From IMG/VR virus record IMGVR_UViG_3300029309_000002: a DNA stretch of 64,000 bases, one strand, 5' to 3'. The notes beneath the pieces were generated by a model. The model did no database searches and had not been told where the DNA came from. It worked only from the letters and a program-made list of their open reading frames with translations. Numbering within the stretch: the stretch's first letter is position 1; every line of letters begins with the position of its first letter. Position numbers and translations under genes: made by a program. This stretch comes from an uncultured virus (IMG/VR IMGVR_UViG_3300029309_000002) (taxonomy: Duplodnaviria; Heunggongvirae; Uroviricota; Caudoviricetes). Positions 56,841 through 64,000 of the stretch are shown here, piece by piece.

Positions 56841-57512
56841 ATGTTAAACACTAAAGACATGCAAGTAGGTTCAGGTAAAGCAAGACCTTTGATTGGACCA
56901 GGTAACAACGTTGTTAGAATTAATTCTATAACATTAGACCAAACTCCTTATGACACAGAGGCATTTAATCTTAACTTACATGTTGAGACTAAGCCGGTTG
57001 GTGGAGACTTTGAAGGTTTCTTCAGAGACAAAACTAATGAAGCTCTAGGTAGATATGAAGGTCAGATAGGTAGAGTTAGAATGTCTCCTTATCCATATAA
57101 AGATACTACATTACCTAGTGGTAGAGAGATTAATAGAGATCAAGAGATCTTAAAAGCTATGATATTCTTAAGTGAAGCAGTTAATAAAAGATCAGATCTA
57201 GATAAGATTGAGGCTGCAACAATTGAGGACTTTATATCTAAAGCTAATGCAGTTCTTTCCGGTGACTTCTTCAATGTTTGTCTAGCAAGCAGAGAATGGG
57301 AAAATAAAGAAGGATATATTAATAATGATTTATATTTACCAAAGTTATCTAAGGATGGTATTCCTGCAGAATCTTTGGATGTTGATGTTAGCAATTCAAG
57401 GTTGATTACATTTAACAAAGCTGAACATGTACGTGAAGTACAAAAGAAAGCTGAGTCAACTGTAGCTGCAACTCCATCAGGTAATGGTGTTGTTGATGAC
57501 TTTGAATTATAA
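56841..57512 (+). CDS. Probable ssDNA-binding protein (Sak4 partner type)
   Basis: 223 aa right after the Sak4-like gene; beta-rich with flexible acidic tail ending DDFEL. Confidence 0.55.
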   Translation: MLNTKDMQVGSGKARPLIGPGNNVVRINSITLDQTPYDTEAFNLNLHVETKPVGGDFEGFFRDKTNEALGRYEGQIGRVRMSPYPYKDTTLPSGREINRDQEILKAMIFLSEAVNKRSDLDKIEAATIEDFISKANAVLSGDFFNVCLASREWENKEGYINNDLYLPKLSKDGIPAESLDVDVSNSRLITFNKAEHVREVQKKAESTVAATPSGNGVVDDFEL

Positions 57513-57625
57513 ATAAAAGTAGTGGGTGCTGAATGGTGTAAATCCAGACGTGGTCATACCAGCTTAATTGGGGGGAAAACACTTGCATTACCAATCCCCA
57601 GCCCCAAACTTTTAAATCTAATGCT

Positions 57626-58594
57626 ATGTTTACTACAAAAGGATTTGCTAATAATAAAGATGATGTAAATAGTGCATGGGTATTTGAATACTATCTTACT
57701 CTACCTGAAAGGTTAACCGGTCAGGATATAAAGATTAAGTCAGTGTTTAATCCCAATGAGCGTACAGCTTCCATGTGTATCTATTTATGTAATTATACAA
57801 ATGAATATAAGTTCAAAGATTTTTCATCAGGTAAACAAGGTAGTAAAATTGATCTAGTCTGTGAATTGTTTGGTCTTGACTATTCTAAAGCATTGTTTAG
57901 GATAGTAGAAGATTGGAACAAATGGTCTATGGATGGTGGTATATTTGACTATGATGAATTTACACCTGCTCCTAAATATAGAGTAGACTTTGCTTTGCCC
58001 CGTGATTGGAATAAGCAAGATGCTAATTATTGGATGCAGTTTGGTATTAGAAAAAAAGTTCTTACAAAGTATAATGTGAAACCATTAGAATACTTTACCA
58101 TGATTAAGGAAGGAGATGTAATTGAAAAGATTAAGATAGCCAATGGATTGATCTATGGATATTACAACAATAACAAAGTATATAAGATCTACCAACCATA
58201 TAGTAGTAGAAATAAATTTACTAAGGTAAATGAATATCTACAGGGTGTGGACCAATTGGAAGATGACTTGTACCTTGTTATTGTCTCCTCTTTAAAAGAT
58301 GGTATGTGTATACAAAGCATGGGTTTTGCATTAGACTTTGTTGCTCCTGACTCAGAGAATACTCTGATCAAACCACATATTATTCTAAATTTTAAAGAAA
58401 GATATCAAAAAGTTATATCTTTGTTGGATAATGATGAGTGTGGTAACAGCGCAATGAAGAAGTATGAAGAACTTTATGACATCAAACCTATATATATTAA
58501 GTCTGAGAAAGATATATCTGATGCTGTCAAGAAGTATGGTGTTGAGGCCGTTAAACCTAAGCTCCTAAAACTAATTGAAAATGCAACAAAATAA
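57626..58594 (+). CDS. DNA primase (Toprim)
   Basis: KSVFNPNERTAS..FKDFSSG N-terminal domain; SSLKDGM, LLDND..G, KDISD Toprim motifs. Confidence 0.8.
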   Translation: MFTTKGFANNKDDVNSAWVFEYYLTLPERLTGQDIKIKSVFNPNERTASMCIYLCNYTNEYKFKDFSSGKQGSKIDLVCELFGLDYSKALFRIVEDWNKWSMDGGIFDYDEFTPAPKYRVDFALPRDWNKQDANYWMQFGIRKKVLTKYNVKPLEYFTMIKEGDVIEKIKIANGLIYGYYNNNKVYKIYQPYSSRNKFTKVNEYLQGVDQLEDDLYLVIVSSLKDGMCIQSMGFALDFVAPDSENTLIKPHIILNFKERYQKVISLLDNDECGNSAMKKYEELYDIKPIYIKSEKDISDAVKKYGVEAVKPKLLKLIENATK

Positions 58595-58982
58595 ATGGTT
58601 TATACCGGGTAATGTACCTAGTTCTAAGAATAGTAGACGTTGGACTGGAAAATATTTTATAGCTAGTAAGACAGTTATGAAGTATAGAAAGGACACGGCT
58701 AAGTATTATAAGAAGTTTACTGAATCCTTCCAAGAAACAGTAGCTAAGTACAAGTCCCCGGTATTTGTCCATTTTACTTTTATCAGAGGCACTAGACATA
58801 AGTTTGATTATATAAATCCTACACAAACTGTACAAGATGATATGGTAAAACACGGTTGGATGGAAGATGATAACTGTGAATTTATTGTACCATGTTTTAA
58901 TGCATACAAGTATGATAAAAATAATCCAGGTGTAATAATAGAAATAAATGAAAAGTTTAATGAAAGAAGAGATGACAATTGA
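58575..58982 (+). CDS. RusA-like Holliday junction resolvase
   Basis: IPGNVPSSKN, FDYIN..Q..QDDM..GWMEDDN, GVIIEI. Confidence 0.7.
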   Translation: MKMQQNKWFIPGNVPSSKNSRRWTGKYFIASKTVMKYRKDTAKYYKKFTESFQETVAKYKSPVFVHFTFIRGTRHKFDYINPTQTVQDDMVKHGWMEDDNCEFIVPCFNAYKYDKNNPGVIIEINEKFNERRDDN

Positions 58983-59286
58983 AACATGGACTAAGCTTAT
59001 ACAAATGATGAGATCCTCCAATATGGAGGATTTTTTTTTGGGTTTAGAACTATATAAAAATATGCAACGCAGTAGAGCCTATGACTTATTACTTATAAAA
59101 TCTTTTGGTGGTAAAAAACGCAAAGAGATTATTGTAGGTATTAAACACGTCAGTGAGGTCCATGCTATGTTCATGACATTGGAAAATATAAAAGATCAAT
59201 GTATAACAGAAAATGAAAAATTAATATTTAAAAATTTAGAAGATGAGTACAGTAACTACAAAAGTAAATTTAAGCAAGATAGTTGA
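58948..59286 (+). CDS. Small helical protein of the vWA/MoxR module
   Basis: KLIQMMRSSNMEDFFLGLEL helix pair, similar to segments in the two genes after MoxR. Confidence 0.55.
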   Translation: MKSLMKEEMTIETWTKLIQMMRSSNMEDFFLGLELYKNMQRSRAYDLLLIKSFGGKKRKEIIVGIKHVSEVHAMFMTLENIKDQCITENEKLIFKNLEDEYSNYKSKFKQDS

Positions 59287-60436
59287 TGATGTCTCAAAGG
59301 CATCAAAGACACTTATGTTTTCTGAACCTTATTACGGTTTATTTCTTATTGGTATGAACAAAGTATATAAGGATGATTTACCAACTGCAGGGGTAAGTAA
59401 ACTAAATATGGGAGTGCAGCTTGCAATTAATCCAGAATACTTTGATACACTAAATGAAAAACAACAACAAGGCCTAATGAAGCATGAGATATTGCATGTT
59501 TCACTTGGACATCTAATGATAAGAGATAAGTTTCCTAATCATAAACTATTCAATATTGCTGCAGATCTTGAGATTAATCAGTATATATCTGATGTCATGT
59601 TACCTCCAGGTGCATTAGTTCTAGATATGTTTAAAGATTTAAATCTTGACACTAGAGCCGGTACAAAGTATTACTATGATAAACTACAAGATGCACAGGA
59701 AAAGGGCAATTGTCCTACACTAGAATCTATTCTAGATCAGATGAATGGAGATAGTCAGTATGACCATACAACATGGGATGAGTTTGATGACTTAACAGAA
59801 GCTGATAAGAAGTTAGTGCAAAAGCAGATTGAACATCAAATGAAAGAAACTGCTGATGCTACAGTAAAGAGATGCGGTAGTGTACCCGGTGAGCTAGCAG
59901 ATATTATTAGGAGACTTCAGAAGGTTGAAGCACCATCATTTGATTGGAAAGCATATCTAAGAAGGTTTGTTGGTAATTCTAGTATAGTATATACAAAGAA
60001 ACTGAGACGTAAGTATAATAAAAGATACAGTGGCAACCCAGGTCTTAAGATCAAACATAAGAATCATATCTGTGTTGGTGTTGACACAAGTGGATCTGTA
60101 TCTAATTCAGAGTTAGTAGAGTTCATGAATGAGCTCACACATATGCACAAGACTGGTCATCAGATCACTGTAGTACAGTGTGATACACAGATCAATAGTG
60201 TAGAAGTTTTTAATCCTAGAAAGGATTGGAACATAAAAGGTAGAGGAGGTACAAGCTTCCAACCTGTAATAGATCATTATAATGAAAAGGGGCATTACAC
60301 TGCCCTCATATATTTAACAGATGGTGAAGCTTATGCTCCAGATGACTGTCCAAAGAATACTCTTTGGGTACACAGTTCTCTTTGTAGTATAAATGAAGAG
60401 TTACCAGGACTTAAAATACAAATAACTAAAAAATAG
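59243..60436 (+). CDS. DUF2201-type zincin metallopeptidase fused to a vWA domain
   Basis: HEILH, NIAADLEINQ, DH..W, VGVDTSGS, GRGGT, LTDG. Confidence 0.85.
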   Translation: MSTVTTKVNLSKIVDDVSKASKTLMFSEPYYGLFLIGMNKVYKDDLPTAGVSKLNMGVQLAINPEYFDTLNEKQQQGLMKHEILHVSLGHLMIRDKFPNHKLFNIAADLEINQYISDVMLPPGALVLDMFKDLNLDTRAGTKYYYDKLQDAQEKGNCPTLESILDQMNGDSQYDHTTWDEFDDLTEADKKLVQKQIEHQMKETADATVKRCGSVPGELADIIRRLQKVEAPSFDWKAYLRRFVGNSSIVYTKKLRRKYNKRYSGNPGLKIKHKNHICVGVDTSGSVSNSELVEFMNELTHMHKTGHQITVVQCDTQINSVEVFNPRKDWNIKGRGGTSFQPVIDHYNEKGHYTALIYLTDGEAYAPDDCPKNTLWVHSSLCSINEELPGLKIQITKK

Positions 60437-60440
60437 AAAA

Positions 60441-61706
60441 ATGGCACAAGTAAATTTAAATATTGATGAACTTAAAGATTTTGTTAATCACGTAGTTAAC
60501 AACAATAGGTTCTTACAAAAACAAGGAAAGAAACCAGTAGCAATTGAAGTTGTTGGTGAGTCTGGTATTGGTAAGACTACATCTATTATGGATATGGCAA
60601 GAGACCATGATCTAGATTTTGTTAAGCTTAATCTTGCACAGATAGAAGAGCTTGGTGATCTAGTTGGTTTCCCAGTACGCCAGTTCCAAATGTATAAAGA
60701 AAAGGAAGTTAAGGTTTCTAATAAAAATCTTAATATTAGTTCTGCAGCTACTGATGACTTGCTTAAGTTAGCTAATCAAACTACTACTAAGAAGGTAGGT
60801 CAATGGGTTGATGAACTAGCAGTTGCAGAATATCTTAAGAGTGGATGGAAGATGACGGGTAATAACCGTATGTCATACTGTGCACCTGAGTGGATTGCAG
60901 GTAAGAAGAAAGGTGGTATCCTTCTTCTTGATGACTGGAACCGTGCAGATGTAAGATTCATTCAAGCTGTTATGGAATTGGTGGACCGTCAGACATATAT
61001 CTCATGGACACTACCAGAGGATTGGCATATCATATTGACTGCAAATCCTGACAATGGTGACTACATGGTTAACTCTGTTGACTCTGCACAAAAGACTCGT
61101 TACATTACTGCAAACCTAAAGTTTGATGTAGATGTATGGGCAAGATGGGCAGAGGCAGAAGGCATGGACTCAAGATGTATTAACTTCTTGTTGATGCATC
61201 CAGAACTTGTAACTCAAGAGACTAATGCAAGATCTATCTCTACATTCTTCAATGCTATTTCTAGCTTTGAGAACTTTGATAAGAACTTGGCCTTAATCCA
61301 AATGATTGGTGAAGGTAGTGTGGGTGAAGAGTTTGCTTCTATGTTTACAATCTTTATCAATAACAAGCTGGACAAGCTAGTTGCACCTAAAGATATTCTA
61401 CTTCATGAAGATGAGAAGTATATCCTTGGAGCACTAACATCTTGTATGGGTAAGTCTGATGAAGATGGATACAGGGCTGACATTGCGTCAACTCTTGCAA
61501 CAAGACTTGCAAACTTCTCAGTAGTATACTCTAACGGTAATACTATTAACCAGAAAGTTACTGATAGGCTAATTAAACTATGTACAGGGGAGCATTTCTC
61601 TAATGACCTTAAGTACTTAATAGTTAGGACTATCTTTAATGGTAACAAGCAGAAGTTCAACAAGTTCATGATGAATCCAGAAATAATTAAAATGACGTTA
61701 AAATAA
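60441..61706 (+). CDS. MoxR-like AAA+ ATPase
   Basis: GESGIGKT, GDLVGFP, LLLDDWNRA, ILTANP, DSAQKTR, NARS. Confidence 0.85.
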   Translation: MAQVNLNIDELKDFVNHVVNNNRFLQKQGKKPVAIEVVGESGIGKTTSIMDMARDHDLDFVKLNLAQIEELGDLVGFPVRQFQMYKEKEVKVSNKNLNISSAATDDLLKLANQTTTKKVGQWVDELAVAEYLKSGWKMTGNNRMSYCAPEWIAGKKKGGILLLDDWNRADVRFIQAVMELVDRQTYISWTLPEDWHIILTANPDNGDYMVNSVDSAQKTRYITANLKFDVDVWARWAEAEGMDSRCINFLLMHPELVTQETNARSISTFFNAISSFENFDKNLALIQMIGEGSVGEEFASMFTIFINNKLDKLVAPKDILLHEDEKYILGALTSCMGKSDEDGYRADIASTLATRLANFSVVYSNGNTINQKVTDRLIKLCTGEHFSNDLKYLIVRTIFNGNKQKFNKFMMNPEIIKMTLK

Positions 61707-62803
61707 TGAGCAAAGAAATTCACAAAGATGTGCGTTCTATGCAAAGTATTATTGACTCATTGGGCATCACTACTACAGATAAAAATGGGATGATCTGTAG
61801 TAGTGACTGCACCAAACTGAGTACTGTTTTAGTGACAGAAGATAAGACTAAGTATGAAGAGCACACAGAAATAATTGAAGGAGACCATGAGCTCCCTATA
61901 CATACATATAAAGGTAAGAAAGCATTTATTATGACAGGTTCTTCAGTATCTGCAGATAAGATGAAGATAGAACTCAAAGAGCATGGGATGACTATTACTA
62001 GTAATCCACAGCTTGCTGATGTATTTATTTCAAATAACCATTCTGTATTTCATGTACATGACCAATCACTATCATTACAATCATATATGTTTTATATCCA
62101 AAATGGTTATTCAGTTACAGAGTTTGAAGATACCAGACGTGGTAACTATATAAATGATTGGATGGCAAGACAACATGTAGAACATGTGCTATGGGATAAT
62201 AATAGAGCAGATGTGCTTGATATGAATATAGGTTGTTGTGAGTATGACTCTCTCCCTTATGATACTTATGTTTACACCGGCATCAGTTTAGAGATCTTAG
62301 ATAGGATCTATAACCATGGTGCTACTGTTATTTCTGAGAGAAGAGTTATGGAAGAATCTCCTAATCAACAGGTATTGACTTCTAGCCTTCTTAATACTAT
62401 CAAGAGCATGTATGATGCTGGTGGTGATGACAGATCAATGTTAGAAAAACTTTTACCAACTATTAGGACTGATGTTAATAGACACTTATTATGGCAACTT
62501 GCTGGTTCAATTAGTAGATATAATTTTAATAGTAGAAGTAAAGATCTAGACTATTGGTGGAGTAAGGCTAAGTTAGACTGGATGGGTAGACAATCTGCAG
62601 AAAGTTTCTTGCTTAGTGAGCATGAGGATGATAAACTGACTAATGAAGGTTTTAAGTACTTAGAGCCTATGGTTAGACAAGAGATCAGTATTAGTAATAG
62701 AGAGTTATATGTGTTTAAGGTTCAGGTGAAGCCTGAATTAGCTAATAAATATTTAAAAATTAAAAAAAATGAATCTAAGAAAATATTGGAGAATAAAACT
62801 TGA
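61706..62803 (+). CDS. MoxR-associated protein with BRCT-like segment
   Basis: KAFIMTGSSVSADKMK..HGMTITSNPQLADVFIS; apparent paralogue of the next gene. Confidence 0.5.
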   Translation: MSKEIHKDVRSMQSIIDSLGITTTDKNGMICSSDCTKLSTVLVTEDKTKYEEHTEIIEGDHELPIHTYKGKKAFIMTGSSVSADKMKIELKEHGMTITSNPQLADVFISNNHSVFHVHDQSLSLQSYMFYIQNGYSVTEFEDTRRGNYINDWMARQHVEHVLWDNNRADVLDMNIGCCEYDSLPYDTYVYTGISLEILDRIYNHGATVISERRVMEESPNQQVLTSSLLNTIKSMYDAGGDDRSMLEKLLPTIRTDVNRHLLWQLAGSISRYNFNSRSKDLDYWWSKAKLDWMGRQSAESFLLSEHEDDKLTNEGFKYLEPMVRQEISISNRELYVFKVQVKPELANKYLKIKKNESKKILENKT

Positions 62804-63968
62804 CGGAGACAAAAAATATATAAATAGTTTTGCTGATATAATGCTTCATGAGTCAAAAGATTTTACTGTAGAATTAGAATCTACTGATAGATATAGTATG
62901 AAAGACTTTTTGAAGGCTGCAGAAGCAAACTTATCATCTGGTCAAATAAAAGATCTAAAGGGTATAAACCTTCTATATAGATATCCTGGAATTAGTTTAT
63001 CTAGAGACAGGGTTGGTTTATATTGTGAGAAAACAGGTCTTAAAATGGTTAGAGATAAGAATCTAGCAGATGCAAGAGTTGTATCTACAAAAATAATTGA
63101 GAAATGTGTTACATCTGGTTATTATGATAATAAGTTTATAACAGGTCAACAATTAATAAATGCTGTAAAACAAAATAATACTGCTTTTGCTAATGCTGAA
63201 TCTAAACAAAATGTTATTTTGGGACTGGAAAAATTCTTTGCTGATAAACTAGATGCTTTAGTTGCTGTTCCTGATCGTTATTATTATAATACTCAATGGG
63301 ATAATACCGTTGAAGTATTTTGTAAAGCATTAAATGGCTTGCCAAGTATTAAGAATTATGCTTATAAAGTTGCTACTAAAAATGAGAACTGGTTTTATGA
63401 AATCATGGGTGGTAAGTTTAAGTGGATACTTGATGATGATTGCAACCAGGCTATGTCAGATATATCTGTACCAATTGAAGATAAGATGTTCTTACAACTT
63501 AAACAAATGTTAAAAGGTGGAGCATCTGATGACGTTGCTGTAGCAATGACTATGATGGCAAATGCAAAGATAGAAGGTTCTGAGACATACCTTGGTATGA
63601 TATTCTTTCACTTTGGTGAGAGAATGAAGGGTACTAAAGTGTGGAATCAGGTTGGTTTCAAGTCTTTGAGACAAAAGTTTCAAAAGTATTATGATAACAC
63701 AAACTATCAGCATGGAACTTCTCATAGATATGAAAGATTAATTGACTTATTAATTCAAGATGATGCTTTAACTGTGCCAGCAATGGAACATGTGCTTGAT
63801 TTGTTATTTGAAAAAGTTATACAACAAGCTACAGGTTTACATACTTCTAAGGCATTTAAGTTAGAAAGATCATCTATATCATTAACACCAGATTTTAGAG
63901 CTAAGGTTAGAGCAAAATCTTTATCTGAAGCAATAAAGTCTGAGCCTGAAAATGATTTACCATTTTAA
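62769..63968 (+). CDS. MoxR-associated protein with BRCT-like segment
   Basis: LLYRYPGISLSRDRVG..TGLKMVRDKNLADARVVS; LKQMLKGGASDDVAVAMTMM; ends DLPF. Confidence 0.5.
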   Translation: MNLRKYWRIKLDGDKKYINSFADIMLHESKDFTVELESTDRYSMKDFLKAAEANLSSGQIKDLKGINLLYRYPGISLSRDRVGLYCEKTGLKMVRDKNLADARVVSTKIIEKCVTSGYYDNKFITGQQLINAVKQNNTAFANAESKQNVILGLEKFFADKLDALVAVPDRYYYNTQWDNTVEVFCKALNGLPSIKNYAYKVATKNENWFYEIMGGKFKWILDDDCNQAMSDISVPIEDKMFLQLKQMLKGGASDDVAVAMTMMANAKIEGSETYLGMIFFHFGERMKGTKVWNQVGFKSLRQKFQKYYDNTNYQHGTSHRYERLIDLLIQDDALTVPAMEHVLDLLFEKVIQQATGLHTSKAFKLERSSISLTPDFRAKVRAKSLSEAIKSEPENDLPF

Positions 63969-63970
63969 TT

Positions 63971-64000
63971 ATGAAAAAGAATCAAGAACTAGAAAACATT
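63971..64000 (+). CDS. Start of a further gene (partial)
   Basis: ATG 2 nt after the previous stop; MKKNQELENI runs off the window. Confidence 0.4.
   Translation, partial: MKKNQELENI

Larger units (their letters stand above)
1..64000. mobile_element. crAss-like (Crassvirales-type) bacteriophage genome segment, probable Bacteroidota/Flavobacteriales host
   Basis: Gene order TerL-portal-acidic scaffold-MCP-ring proteins-large tail protein with HU/IHF-like genes; divergent replication block; dense co-oriented ORFs; no bacterial housekeeping operon or integrase; Bacteroidota-type promoter elements. Confidence 0.85.

Noticed and set aside
1..64000. Stop-codon reassignment (seen in some crAss-like phages)
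   Set aside because: Standard-code ORFs are long and tile both blocks, and TAG and TGA both end genes at sensible boundaries
1..64000. Prophage within a bacterial chromosome
   Set aside because: No integrase, att site, repressor cassette or flanking host genes in the window

Overview
The whole window reads as part of an AT-rich lytic tailed-phage genome with crAss-like (Crassvirales-type podovirus) organisation. The host is probably a Bacteroidota/Flavobacteriales bacterium: TAnnTTTG promoters, A-rich translation starts without Shine-Dalgarno sequences, and SprB-type and GCTD-type repeats all point that way. Two gene blocks diverge from a non-coding region at about 46.1-47.4 kb. The minus-strand block (1-46117) is the virion module: terminase, portal, scaffold-like protein, major capsid protein, ring/adaptor proteins, a 3222-aa tail hub/stabilisation-like protein with inserted vWA domains, and a Cys-rich fibre-like protein. 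It also carries GroES, PhoH, HU/IHF-like proteins, a phosphoesterase and an L,D-transpeptidase-like enzyme. The plus-strand block (46340-64000) is the early/replication module: SF2 helicase, DnaB-like helicase, Sak4-like ATPase with a probable SSB partner, primase, RusA-like resolvase and a vWA-metallopeptidase/MoxR module. The most interesting signal is a candidate segmented effector polyprotein system. A 2356-aa ORF is divided by recurring x-[QE]-x-GG motifs into segments resembling a clan CD (caspase/MARTX-CPD-like) protease, ADP-ribosyltransferase-like domains, a T4-type lysozyme and a pre-toxin-like helix. A second ORF, missing from the ORF track and cut off at the window edge, begins with a SET methyltransferase domain followed by the same motif. 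A cluster of multi-stem RNA-like structures lies in the early leader. All family assignments come from reading motifs by eye; no database searches were run.
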